Positions 19,413-28,585 of a stretch of DNA of 64,000 nt are shown piece after piece. The first letter of the stretch is position 1. Each line of letters begins with the position of its first letter. The stretch spans positions 64,001 through 128,000 of the forward strand of contig CBDUPA010000016.1 of assembly GCA_965368975.1 (NCBI GenBank). Reading direction: 5' to 3'. The notes below the pieces were generated by a model, which saw nothing but the letters and a program-made list of their open reading frames with translations, was not told the origin of the DNA and did not search any database. Source of the DNA: an uncultured bacterium. Its GTDB lineage: Bacteria; Acidobacteriota; Thermoanaerobaculia; Multivoradales; JAHZIX01. The position numbers and the translations under genes are program-made.

Positions 19413-21074
19413 CTACTCGTCCGGCAGCTCCAGTAGCTTGCGCAAGCGCCCGCGCGCCCACAGCTTCAAAGGCAGCTGGGCGGCCTCCGGCAGATCCAGA
19501 TCCTCGAAGCTCTGCTTGGCGACGAGCATCAGCTGCTCGCACAGCTGGAGGCGTATCTCTTCGTCGGTGTTGGCGATGGTGAACTCGTTCGGCGGAACAG
19601 GGGGCGGTCCCGGCTCCGCGGGCGCTCCGAAGGCGGCGAGAGCGCGCGGAAAGTGCTCGTCCAGGATCTTGGGAACGTCGCGCCGGGCCATGAACTCGCC
19701 GACGGCGAAGTCGTGCTGGCGCAGTTTCTTATCAAAGAAGCCGAGCAGGCCGAAGAACTCCTCGCCCGCCAGCTCGTCCGGGTCGGCGCCGACCAGGCCC
19801 AAGCGCAGGTCGGCTTTGTTCTGCAGGCCCGCGGCATTGTTCAGGACGAAGGTGCATAGATGGAAGATTCTTCGTTTATCTGCGCTCTCGCCTGCAATAT
19901 GTGCGGCTGTCTGGAGTTTCACTTGACGATCCTGCAGTTTCAGGCTGTTCTCTAGGTAGTCCTCGGGATAGCGTGTGAGGCCGAACAACTGGCGCTTGTG
20001 CTCGACGATGTCGCCCGCCAGCTGCCCCAGGCCCTCGAGCAGTTGCAGGTCGGTTTCCGCCGAGCTGCCGGCGATCAGGTGGGCGAGCTGCTCGCTCAGG
20101 CCGTCGCGCCAGTCGAGTTCCTGGTTACGCCGGCACACGCGCAGCCACTCGCGCGCCAGGCTCTGGTCGCGGATCACCGAGGCGATGCGCCGGAGCTGGT
20201 CGGGCAGGCTCGACTCGGAGTTCAGCTCCGGGTCGTGGCGCGACGAGTCGAGCTTGGGGTCGACGAGCAGGAACAGGCGTCGATCGTCCGGGCCTCCGTC
20301 GGCCTCGCGCGCCAGCCGGATCGCCTCGCCCAGGGGCTTGTTGTCGAACAGGCCACCGTCGATGAACGCCAGGCCCTGCTGCAGTAGCTCCAGGTTGTCC
20401 ACTTCGCGCGCGCCTGGATAGTCGTCGACGTTGCGGGCCAGCGTCTGCGGTTGGAAGGCGATCGGCAGGTTGGCGCATGCCATGGCGGCGTTGCCGACGC
20501 GGTGCCAGTCGGTGTCCTCGGGCGCGTCGCGCCGCACCAGGAAGTGGGCCACGTCCTTGAACACCGTGGTCACGAAGTTGCGCCCCTTGCCGCGGCCGAT
20601 CGGCAGGAAGGGCAGCTCGTAGGTCATGCCCTGCAGGTTGCTCAGCGTCATGCCCAGGCGCAGCAGCTCGGGCGTGCAGGAGAACGGTCCGCCGTTGCCG
20701 GGCAGCACTGCCTCCGGGCCGCGCAGCAGTCCTGCTTGCAAGATCTGCTCGATGATCTTCTTGGAGAAGGCCGCGTTCTTCGGCGGATCGGTGAGCAGGT
20801 GGCGGACGTCGATGTCGCGCACCCAGGAGCGATACAGCGGATTGCGCTCCGGCTGCTCGTTCGGGGCCGGTCCATCCTGCAGGTAGCGCGCGGTCAACGC
20901 TCCGACTACGCCGCCCGCCGAGGCGCCGGTGATGATGTCGATCTCGAAGTGGTGCGGACCTTCGGCATTGCGCTGTTCCAGCTGCCGCAGCAGCTCGGTG
21001 ACGACGCCGGATTCGAAGGCTCCCAGCGAGCCGCCGCCGGCCAGGATGAGCGCGATCTTGTGGGTATGGGGCAT
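19413..21074 (-). CDS. Patatin-like phospholipase family protein (paralog 2)
   Basis: From ATG 21074 (MPHTHKIALILAGGGSLGAF), TGASAGG and FIDGGLFDN. Collinear with paralog 1. The upstream part of the track ORF overlaps menE and is rejected. Confidence 0.88.
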   Translation of the reverse strand: MPHTHKIALILAGGGSLGAFESGVVTELLRQLEQRNAEGPHHFEIDIITGASAGGVVGALTARYLQDGPAPNEQPERNPLYRSWVRDIDVRHLLTDPPKNAAFSKKIIEQILQAGLLRGPEAVLPGNGGPFSCTPELLRLGMTLSNLQGMTYELPFLPIGRGKGRNFVTTVFKDVAHFLVRRDAPEDTDWHRVGNAAMACANLPIAFQPQTLARNVDDYPGAREVDNLELLQQGLAFIDGGLFDNKPLGEAIRLAREADGGPDDRRLFLLVDPKLDSSRHDPELNSESSLPDQLRRIASVIRDQSLAREWLRVCRRNQELDWRDGLSEQLAHLIAGSSAETDLQLLEGLGQLAGDIVEHKRQLFGLTRYPEDYLENSLKLQDRQVKLQTAAHIAGESADKRRIFHLCTFVLNNAAGLQNKADLRLGLVGADPDELAGEEFFGLLGFFDKKLRQHDFAVGEFMARRDVPKILDEHFPRALAAFGAPAEPGPPPVPPNEFTIANTDEEIRLQLCEQLMLVAKQSFEDLDLPEAAQLPLKLWARGRLRKLLELPDE

Positions 21075-21160
21075 GGTCTGGTTCCTGTCGAAGACGGGGT
21101 TCCGGTCGGAGGTTCGAGTTGGAACGTCGGATCCGCTGGCCGGGTCCGGGCGTTCGGAAG

Positions 21161-22705
21161 TCACGGTCGGGCGTCTGACGCGGGCGAGGTACCCAGGTGC
21201 CGCAAGTATGCACGCGTCTGGACCGCCGCCTCGCGACGGTCGATCTTGCCCGTTGCGTTGACGGGCAGCGCCTGCACATAGGCAACGCGCCGAGGGCGCT
21301 TGAAGCGGGCCAGCTGAGTTTCTAGGAAGTTTAGCAGGTTCTCGTCTGTGGGTTCTTCCGGCGCCACCAGCGCCGCCGCCACCACCTCGCCCCACTCCGC
21401 GTCGTCGACCCCGAACACGCACGCCGCCGTGATCGCCGGATGCGCCAGCAGCGCCGCTTCGACCTCGGCCGGATGCACGTTCTCGCCGCCGCTGATGATC
21501 AGCTCCTTGGCGCGCCCCAGCAGGTGCAGCCGGCCGTGCGCGTCGAGACGTCCCAGGTCGCCCGTGCGCAGCCAGCCATCGTCGGTGAAGGCGGAGCGAT
21601 CGAGGCCCGCAGCCGTGGTAGCAGTCGCGGGCGTCCAATACCCGTCCATCAGCGTCCCTCCCGCCACCTGCACCTCGCCGTCGACGATGCGCACCCCGAC
21701 TCCGTCGAGCGGCGGTCCGACGCCCGCGTCCGTCGCGTTCTCGTCGAGCGAGCGATAGCGCTGCGTCGTCACCTGCGCGCAGGCTTCGGTCAAACCATAC
21801 GTCGCGAGCACCGGCACACCACGCTGCCGAGCCTCGTCGAGCAAGCCCGCCGGCGTCGCCGCTCCGCCCACCAGCACCGCGCGCAGCGACGGCGGAGGCG
21901 TCCAGTCGGGCAGCTTGAGCAGCCGTCGTAGCATCGTCGGCACCAGCGACATCAAGGTCACCCCTTGCTGCTTGACCACCGCCGCCACCGCGTCCGCGCG
22001 TCCCGCGTCCGTTCGCTGCATCACCACTGTCCGGCGCGCGACCAGGCAGCGCGTCAGCACCGACAATCCTCCCACGTGCCCGATCGGCAACCCGAGCCAC
22101 CAGCGATCGCCGTCGATCCAGCCCAGGTTCTCCGCGCTGGCGTTGGCGGCGGCGAGAAAGGCACGCCGGCTGAGCACCGCGATTTTCGGCTCGCTGGTGG
22201 TGCCGGAGGTGAAGAGGAGGGCGAGGGGGGAATGGAGATCGGGTCTGGTTCTGGGTAGGGGCAGGCCCATGCGGTCGGCGCCCCGATGCCTGCCCTCCGG
22301 GGTTTGGGCGGGAGAAGAAGCGGATGCGGCTTCGCCGCAGGGCACCCACATGGGGGTGCCCCTACCCAGATAAGACGTCTCGGCCAACATCGCCACCCGC
22401 CGCGCCCGTTCGGCCTCTGTCCACCTCGGATGCAGCAACGCCAGCGGATGCCCCAGCTCGATCAGCGCATAGATCCGCACCAGTACCCCCGGCCGTAGCT
22501 CACCGACCACCGGCACGACCGGCGGCAAGTCCTCGCCCCGCAGAGCCGCGATCTCACCGCGCACCGCCTCGGCGACGCGCGCGTACGTCCACACCTCGCC
22601 GTCCTTACTGGCGTCCCCGAAGAGCCACGCCGGACGCTCGGGCACCTCCTCGGCGGCGCGCAGGATCGACAGCGCCGCGTCGTCCTGCTTGGTCACGGAA
22701 TCCAT
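21161..22705 (-). CDS. menE: o-Succinylbenzoate-CoA ligase
   Basis: FTSGTTSEPK, LPIGHVGGLS, TYGLTEACAQV, WLRTGDLG, IISGGENVHP, NATGKIDR. The men operon lies nearby. Confidence 0.85.
   Translation of the reverse strand: MDSVTKQDDAALSILRAAEEVPERPAWLFGDASKDGEVWTYARVAEAVRGEIAALRGEDLPPVVPVVGELRPGVLVRIYALIELGHPLALLHPRWTEAERARRVAMLAETSYLGRGTPMWVPCGEAASASSPAQTPEGRHRGADRMGLPLPRTRPDLHSPLALLFTSGTTSEPKIAVLSRRAFLAAANASAENLGWIDGDRWWLGLPIGHVGGLSVLTRCLVARRTVVMQRTDAGRADAVAAVVKQQGVTLMSLVPTMLRRLLKLPDWTPPPSLRAVLVGGAATPAGLLDEARQRGVPVLATYGLTEACAQVTTQRYRSLDENATDAGVGPPLDGVGVRIVDGEVQVAGGTLMDGYWTPATATTAAGLDRSAFTDDGWLRTGDLGRLDAHGRLHLLGRAKELIISGGENVHPAEVEAALLAHPAITAACVFGVDDAEWGEVVAAALVAPEEPTDENLLNFLETQLARFKRPRRVAYVQALPVNATGKIDRREAAVQTRAYLRHLGTSPASDARP
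22250..22370. repeat. REPIN-like element (two inverted GTAG REPs) inserted in frame in menE
   Basis: 14-bp perfect terminal IR TCTGGGTAGGGGCA / TGCCCCTACCCAGA. The reverse complement of 22322-22370 matches 1301-1349 at 47/49 nt. Confidence 0.85.
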
Positions 22706-22750
22706 GGCCGCATTGTACGGCGTGCGTCTACGTCATCGGCGACGCTTCTT

Positions 22751-23707
22751 CTACGCCTTCGGCAGGGCTTCCGACAGCGTCTTGCCACCCTTGATGCCGA
22801 AATCGAGCGTGCGGATCGGGAACGGAATGACGATGCCGTTGGCGTCGTACGCCTTCTTGATCGCCAGGATCGCGTCGCTCGCCGCGTGCGCCCGGTCGCC
22901 TTCGCGCTGGTAGGAGATCCAGAAGCGCACCTGCAGGTTGATCGAGCTGTCCCCGAACTCCGTGAACACCACCTCCGTCTCGGTGTCCTGCAGCCGCCGC
23001 TCCAGGCCATCGACTGCGTCCCGGGTCACCCGCGCCACCGTCTCGAGATCCTCCGCGTACGACACCCCTATTGCCAGGTCGACCCGCCGCCGCTTGGTGG
23101 CGGAGAGGTTGACGAGGGTCTGCTCGTACACTTCCTTGTTCGGAATCAGCACCAGCTGGCCTTGCTGCGTCAGCACGTGCGTGGTGCGCAGATTGATCTC
23201 CTGCACCGTCCCGAACTGCCCTGCCGCCTCGATGATGTCGCCCGGCACGAACGGCTTGCGTAGCGAGATCAGGGTGCCGGAGAGGAAGTTGGCGATGATG
23301 TTCTGGAAGGCAAAGCCGATCGCCAGCCCCAGCACGCCGGCACCGGCCAGCAGCGAGGTCACCGCCTTGTCCAGCTGCAACACCCCGAGCGCCACGAACA
23401 GCCCCGTCGTCAGCACCGCGAAACGCGCTACGCGCTCGGTCAGCTTGACCAGTGTCCGGTTGTCCGCGAAGCGCCGGAACACCCGGCGGATCGACGCACC
23501 GACGAAGCGGGAAGCGATCCAGAACAGGAGCATCACCAGCACTGCCACCACCAGGTTGGGCAGCATGCTGATCAGCTTCTCCAGCCAGTCGTGGAGCTTG
23601 CTGAGAACCAGGTCGACGGGCTGCTCCAGCGAGTCTGTTGCTCGATCAGCAACAGCGGCGGCATCTTCGAGCACGTCTTGGGCCTGCATGACCATGGAGT
23701 CTAACAT
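22751..23707 (-). CDS. mscS: Small-conductance mechanosensitive channel
   Basis: LLAGAGVLGLAIGFAFQNIIANFLSG, KPFVPGD, GTVQEINLRTT, IPN, IVIPFP. Start position uncertain. Confidence 0.88.
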   Translation of the reverse strand: MLDSMVMQAQDVLEDAAAVADRATDSLEQPVDLVLSKLHDWLEKLISMLPNLVVAVLVMLLFWIASRFVGASIRRVFRRFADNRTLVKLTERVARFAVLTTGLFVALGVLQLDKAVTSLLAGAGVLGLAIGFAFQNIIANFLSGTLISLRKPFVPGDIIEAAGQFGTVQEINLRTTHVLTQQGQLVLIPNKEVYEQTLVNLSATKRRRVDLAIGVSYAEDLETVARVTRDAVDGLERRLQDTETEVVFTEFGDSSINLQVRFWISYQREGDRAHAASDAILAIKKAYDANGIVIPFPIRTLDFGIKGGKTLSEALPKA

Positions 23708-23758
23708 GCGGTCAGTGCAGGGCTTGAGGGGCCTCAAGCAGCAGAGCGGCGGCGGGGA

Positions 23759-24199
23759 TCACGCCACCGTGGGCAGAGAAGGCACACTCGATCCCAGCCG
23801 CCGCGAAAGATGCCCCGCGATCTGCTGTGCCCGCTGCACAAAGATCTCCGCCGCCGTCCCGGAGGTCTCCTCGTGCACCGTCGCGCTGAACAGCTCCAGC
23901 CAGCGGCCCCAGAGTTCTGGTGGTAGGTGCCCGAGTGCTCGGTGCTTGGGCAGAGGCTGGCCTTGATAGCGTTTCGAGGACAGCAAGATGGTGGACCAGA
24001 AGTCCACCATGGTTTCCAGGTGTTGGGACCAGTGGTCGGCCAGGTGCGGTTCGAACACGGGGCCGAGAAGGTCGTCGCCGCGCACCTTGGCGTAGAAGCT
24101 GTGCACCACGGCGCCGATGGCGGCTTCGCTGGGGAGTTGCTCTGCGTTGGCGCTAGGGGCCGGAGATTCCGGTTGGGGATGCGTCGAGTGTGCTTGCAT
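23759..24199 (-). CDS. Group III truncated hemoglobin
   Basis: VHSFYAKVRGDDLLGPVF, WSQHLETMVDFWS, YQGQPLPKH, RWLELF. Confidence 0.88.
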   Translation of the reverse strand: MQAHSTHPQPESPAPSANAEQLPSEAAIGAVVHSFYAKVRGDDLLGPVFEPHLADHWSQHLETMVDFWSTILLSSKRYQGQPLPKHRALGHLPPELWGRWLELFSATVHEETSGTAAEIFVQRAQQIAGHLSRRLGSSVPSLPTVA

Positions 24200-24254
24200 C
24201 GCGGCAGACCTCTGGATTCGAGTTGGGAGCTAGAGGCTGGGGGTTGAGGTCGGG

Positions 24255-24284
24255 GTGGGGGCAGCTCCATGCGGCCGGCGTCCC
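24255..24284 (+). repeat. Degenerate REP copy
   Basis: GTGGGGGCAGCTCCATGCGGCCGGCGTCCC resembles the REP at 22255 (GTAGGGGCAGGCCCATGCGGTCGGCGCCCC). Confidence 0.5.
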
Positions 24285-24303
24285 GGTGGCTGCTCTCCGC
24301 TCT

Positions 24304-24546
24304 CTAAGCTGCGACCCGGGCGCGCTGGTATAGGAATTCCGGGGCGAAATCGGCGCCGTTGGGCCAAGTCACGGTGTGCAGTTCGGGATGGACTTGGAAC
24401 TGGCGAAAGACCGTCGGATCCTTCAGCGGCTCGAACATCGGGCCGTACAGTTCGTCGGTCAGGTCGACCTGGCCTTCGCTGCCGTCGTTGAAGCGGAGGA
24501 GAAGGGTGTAGGCGTCGAGGTGGTGGGCTTCGGTGACACGGATCAT
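24304..24546 (-). CDS. DUF2442 domain protein (partner of a putative toxin-antitoxin pair)
   Basis: MIRVTEAHHLDAYTLLLRFNDG...GPMFEPLKD...TVTWPNGADFAPEFLY, 80 aa. Confidence 0.85.
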   Translation of the reverse strand: MIRVTEAHHLDAYTLLLRFNDGSEGQVDLTDELYGPMFEPLKDPTVFRQFQVHPELHTVTWPNGADFAPEFLYQRARVAA

Positions 24547-24550
24547 GGCT

Positions 24551-24808
24551 TTACTCCAAAGGTTCGACCGGGAGAAGTGGCTCCCTAGCTCTGGCACGTT
24601 GCCAGTTGGATTCCAACTCGGCTTGGTGAAGCTTGTACCATTCCAGAACAAGTTTCAACGCACGGCGCGGAAACTTACCGTTGACGTTGCCACTTCCAAT
24701 GTCGACTGTGATTTCATACTCCCCATACTTCGCATGGAAATGGGGCGGAGAATGATCGCGGTAGTACATGGCAATGAGAATGCCGAGGAAACGGCTTATT
24801 TCGGGCAT
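24551..24808 (-). CDS. DUF4160 domain protein (partner of a putative toxin-antitoxin pair)
   Basis: MPEISRFLGILIAMYYRDHSPPHFHAKYG...PVEPLE, 85 aa, directly upstream of the DUF2442 gene. Confidence 0.87.
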   Translation of the reverse strand: MPEISRFLGILIAMYYRDHSPPHFHAKYGEYEITVDIGSGNVNGKFPRRALKLVLEWYKLHQAELESNWQRARAREPLLPVEPLE

Positions 24809-24890
24809 CCTTGAACTCCTTGATGGGCTGAGGTCCTTGCCTGCGAATGAGTATCTCACGGTCGAGATTTGATTTTAGTGAGGCTGCAAA

Positions 24891-27800
24891 ATGCTTGATC
24901 CAATAACTCTGACGATTGTAACCGGAGCTGCGGGCAATCTCGCAGCGGCGGCTGTTGCTTACTCTGCGGGCAAGATCAAGGAGCGTTTTGACCGAGACGC
25001 TGCACTCGAGCGGGCTTTGAATTCTTGCTGCCAGGCTGGTTTGACTGCCTTGATTCTCAGTGCCAAGCAGCAGGTGCCACAGTTCGACGATGTTGTCGAG
25101 CTTGGGTTTCGGGAGGCTCTCGAAGGCGAGAAGCTCATAGATGGCTTCGGGTCTCGCTTGCGCCGGGTCCTGCGCGGCAAGTCTCTGGAAGTCGATGACA
25201 TGGCCGATCTCTTCCAAGATCATGGGTTCGACCTTTCGAAGGTCCCAGGTCTGGATCTGGAGGTCAGCTTCCGCGAGTTCGAGGCGGTGTTTCTCGAGAG
25301 AGCTGTACAGGAAGACATCCTTCGCAAGGAAGCAGAGGCGTACCAGAGTCGCAAACGAACGCAGCTTCTGGAGCGGGTCGTTGAGTTGCTGGAGGCGGGG
25401 CAGAAGACGATAGTTGAGTCTTCGCAGCCACGTCAGAACACAGATGCAAAGCAGGCCCACGACCGCTATCTCGAACGCCTGATTCGCGACTGCCAGGGGC
25501 TGGCCTTAGCGGAGCTGGGTGGACAAGGTGATGCGACATCGAAGGTCAAGTTGGACGATGTGTATGTGGATCTGCTGACGAAGAGCCGCATCGAGCTGAC
25601 GCCGGAGGAGAAGAAGGAACGTCGCTCTCGCCACAAGAAGGACCGCCCTCTCACGGCCTTGGAAGCAACGGCCCAGACTCCGCACCTCGTCTTGCTCGGT
25701 GATCCCGGCAGTGGCAAGAGTTCGTTCGTTCGCCATCTGACGGCGCGACTGGCGCGAGCACGCCTGGACGGAGCGGAAGCGTACGAGGGCACCCGCGACC
25801 TGCTGCCGATCTTCGTCATTCTGCGGCGCCTGGTGCCTCACCTGCGGAACCTGAAGCTGAAGGGCTTGACGAAGGATCGGCGCCAGCCGCTCTTGCTCGA
25901 TGCGCTGAAGGAAACTGTCCTGGAGTTCGTGGGCGAATGTGATGCTAAAGCATTCGGGGAGGCGGCACGGGATGCCCTGGTGGACGGCAAGTGCTTCTTG
26001 GTGCTGGACGGCCTGGACGAGGTGCCGACGGACCTTCGCCCGGCAGTCGCGGAGACGGTGGCGGCAGCGGTGGAGAAGTATGCCTTGCCGCGGGTGATCG
26101 TCACCTGCCGCGTGCGGTCCTACCAGAGCGGTGCCGTACTGACCGGCTTCCAGGACCACGAACTCGCGCCCTTCACGAAGGAGCAGGTACAGCGTTTCGT
26201 GGCGGGTTGGTACGGGGCGCAGCAGCGGCACGGGCACGTGACCTCTGCTGAGGCCAAGGAGCGCACGGAAGATCTCCAGCAGGCGGCCGGTGGGCTGCAC
26301 GAACTGGCGCAGAATCCGATGCTGCTGACCACGATGGCACTGATTCATCAGCAGAACATCGGCCTGCCGCGCCAGAAGGTGTTGCTGTACGACGAGGCGG
26401 TGAAGGTGCTGCTGGTGCGCTGGCAGAAGCGCATTGGATTTGCCGGGGCCGTCTCGGGAGAACTGGCCGAGGTGCTGCAAGATGCGACGCGGATCCGGCC
26501 GGTATTGGAACGGTTGGCGTTTGAGGTGCACTTGGCCGAGGAGGCGGATGCTGCAGCGGAAGAGCAGGGCGAAATGTCGGGGCTGGACTGGGGGCGGATC
26601 GTCCAGATCTTGAAGGAAGACAAGTACCTCGGCTCGACCTCACTGGCAGAGGCGTTCCTCGACTACGTGGACCAGCGCGCCGGGATCTTGGTGGGACGAG
26701 GGGGTGGTCCGGGCGAGCCGCTACGCTACAGCTTCCCGCATCGGACCTTCCAGGAGTACCTGGCCGGCTGCTACTTGGTCGCCGAAACGGACGATGCCGT
26801 GGGCGCGGTATACGAGCGGGCAGCAGCCGGGGACTTCTGGTACCTGGCGGTGCAGCTGGGAGCGGAAGAGTTAGTCTACAGTCGGCGCTTTCCGTCCTTG
26901 GTCCAGCGGCTGGCGCTGGGCCTGTACCCGTCGGGTGGCAAGCGAGATGAGTCGGCGCGGCGGGCGAGCCTGTGGGCTACTTGGATGGCGACGCTGCTGG
27001 AGGCGCAGCCGGGCGGGGTGGCGAGCAGCGGACCGGAGAGCTGGAAGAGCTTTCTAGGCCGGTGTCGGAAGCGGCTATGTGCGCTGCTGGGCAAGGGGCT
27101 GCCTGTGCGGGAGCGAGTGGAGGTGGGACGGTTGTTGGCCAAGCTCGGAGACCCGCGGCCGGAGGTGATGACGGTGGAGGGGATGGAGTTCTGCCGCGTG
27201 CCGGCGGGGCCGTTCTGGATGGGCAGTGATGACTCGGACGAGCTTGCCTTCGGTGATGAGAAGCCGATCACACGGCAAGAGGTGAACTACGACTACTGGA
27301 TGGCGCGCTACCCAGTGACGCAAGCTCAGTTCCGGCTGTTCGTGGAGGCCGGCGGTTACCGGGACTACCGCTACTGGTCGGAAGCCCAGGCCGCCGAGCG
27401 CTGGATGGCGGAGACTGGGTTCGATCGGCGACAGGGGCCGGTCTCGTACGGAGAGCGCTTCGACTTGTCGAATCACCCGGTTGTCGGGGTGAGTTGGTTC
27501 GAGGCGTTGGCGTTCACGCGTTGGCTGACGGCGGAGTACCGCGAACGAGGCTGGCTGCCGGATGGTTGGTGCATCTCTCTGCCCTCGGAGTTGGAGTGGG
27601 AGAAAGCGGCCCGTGGCGGGGAGCAGGTGCTCGTATCTGCGCTTGGTGAGGGTATTGAAATGGTGCAAGGGTGGATCTGTAAAGCACTTCAGGCCGAGCA
27701 GCAAGAGAACCCGGAACCTCGCCGGTTCGTTCCGTGGACGGGTGGTTTCGAAGCGGATCGGCTGAACTGGAGTGGGCAGCGGCTAGGCGCAACGTCGGCA

Positions 27801-28109
27801 CCGGGGCTGTTCCCGAAAGGCAGCAGCCCGGTGGGCTGCGAGGAGATGTGCGGCAACGTCTGGGAGTGGACGCGCAGCATCTGGGGCGAGGTCCCTTATC
27901 CTACAGCCGCTGCGGATCGACGAGATAGAGAGGATTTTTCGAATTCAAGCGAGTTCCGCGTCTGGCGTGGCGGTTCGTTCGCCGACTATCGGCAAGGCGT
28001 GCGCTGCGCCTACCGCTACAGGGGTCCTCCGGACTTCCAGTTCTTCGACGTGGGTTTTCGTGTTGCGCTCCTCCCGTTATCTCTGAACTCTGAAGACTCT
28101 GAACTCTGA
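24891..28109 (+). CDS. DGR target 1: N-terminal helical domain + NACHT NTPase + FGE-sulfatase-like (CLec fold) domain with C-terminal VR
   Basis: Walker A GDPGSGKS, Walker B VLDGLDEV, VTCR, NPMLLT, FPHRTFQEYLA. FGE motifs VPAGPFWMG, RYPVT, HPVVGVSW, LPSELEWEKAARG, GNVWEW, RGGSF, GFRV. Confidence 0.95.
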   Translation: MLDPITLTIVTGAAGNLAAAAVAYSAGKIKERFDRDAALERALNSCCQAGLTALILSAKQQVPQFDDVVELGFREALEGEKLIDGFGSRLRRVLRGKSLEVDDMADLFQDHGFDLSKVPGLDLEVSFREFEAVFLERAVQEDILRKEAEAYQSRKRTQLLERVVELLEAGQKTIVESSQPRQNTDAKQAHDRYLERLIRDCQGLALAELGGQGDATSKVKLDDVYVDLLTKSRIELTPEEKKERRSRHKKDRPLTALEATAQTPHLVLLGDPGSGKSSFVRHLTARLARARLDGAEAYEGTRDLLPIFVILRRLVPHLRNLKLKGLTKDRRQPLLLDALKETVLEFVGECDAKAFGEAARDALVDGKCFLVLDGLDEVPTDLRPAVAETVAAAVEKYALPRVIVTCRVRSYQSGAVLTGFQDHELAPFTKEQVQRFVAGWYGAQQRHGHVTSAEAKERTEDLQQAAGGLHELAQNPMLLTTMALIHQQNIGLPRQKVLLYDEAVKVLLVRWQKRIGFAGAVSGELAEVLQDATRIRPVLERLAFEVHLAEEADAAAEEQGEMSGLDWGRIVQILKEDKYLGSTSLAEAFLDYVDQRAGILVGRGGGPGEPLRYSFPHRTFQEYLAGCYLVAETDDAVGAVYERAAAGDFWYLAVQLGAEELVYSRRFPSLVQRLALGLYPSGGKRDESARRASLWATWMATLLEAQPGGVASSGPESWKSFLGRCRKRLCALLGKGLPVRERVEVGRLLAKLGDPRPEVMTVEGMEFCRVPAGPFWMGSDDSDELAFGDEKPITRQEVNYDYWMARYPVTQAQFRLFVEAGGYRDYRYWSEAQAAERWMAETGFDRRQGPVSYGERFDLSNHPVVGVSWFEALAFTRWLTAEYRERGWLPDGWCISLPSELEWEKAARGGEQVLVSALGEGIEMVQGWICKALQAEQQENPEPRRFVPWTGGFEADRLNWSGQRLGATSAPGLFPKGSSPVGCEEMCGNVWEWTRSIWGEVPYPTAAADRRDREDFSNSSEFRVWRGGSFADYRQGVRCAYRYRGPPDFQFFDVGFRVALLPLSLNSEDSEL
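27951..28073 (+). repeat. DGR variable repeat VR1
   Basis: 123-bp ungapped match to the TR with 20 mismatches at TR adenines, 2 non-A mismatches in CAC-AAC and a TT>CG change near the 3' end. Confidence 0.95.
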
Positions 28110-28134
28110 ATCTCTGATCTGGCAAAGGGGGAGC

Positions 28135-28156
28135 CCGAGGGGGCTTGCCCCCTCGG
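28135..28156 (+). other. DGR target hairpin/cruciform downstream of VR1
   Basis: CCGAGGGGG-CTTG-CCCCCTCGG; an identical copy follows VR2. Confidence 0.85.
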
Positions 28157-28181
28157 AGGATTGTGGTATCTTCTGCGCGCA

Positions 28182-28535
28182 ATGAGTCGACCGGAGATGC
28201 CAATCTTCGTCCGTAGCTTCGATTTCTTGACTTGGTTATTGCCTCTTACCAATCACTTTCCACGTGCCCACCGGCACACAGTTACGCAGCGTCTCCTGAA
28301 TGCTGCCTTCGATCTACGAGAGTGCCTGGAAGCAGCGAACACGCGGCTGGGTCCTGAGCGGTTAGAGTTTCTGGTAGAGGCTGATGTCGCGTTGGGGCGA
28401 GTCAGGACCTACTTGAGGCTGGTGGAGAAATGGCAGTGGATATCGCCGGGTCAGTATGAGCACGCGGCGCGAATGGTCGCGGAGATCGGCAGGCTCCTCG
28501 GAGGTTGGAAGAAGACAGTCTTGCCTCGAACTTAG
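28182..28535 (+). CDS. avd: DGR accessory variability determinant (bAvd-like four-helix bundle)
   Basis: 117 aa, MSRPEMPIF...FPRAHR...[11 protein letters not shown], located between the VR and the TR. Confidence 0.9.
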   Translation: MSRPEMPIFVRSFDFLTWLLPLTNHFPRAHRHTVTQRLLNAAFDLRECLEAANTRLGPERLEFLVEADVALGRVRTYLRLVEKWQWISPGQYEHAARMVAEIGRLLGGWKKTVLPRT

Positions 28536-28585
28536 GCGACAGTTCCCGGCGTCTGACGCCGGTTTCTGTGGGGATTCGCCCGAAG

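Noticed and set aside
17571-21074. CBASS (CapV-like patatin effector)
   Set aside because: No CD-NTase or other CBASS gene is adjacent.
21075-22349. N-terminal 425 aa of the 978-aa track ORF 19413-22349
   Set aside because: An Arg-rich alternative frame overlapping menE. The patatin begins at 21074.
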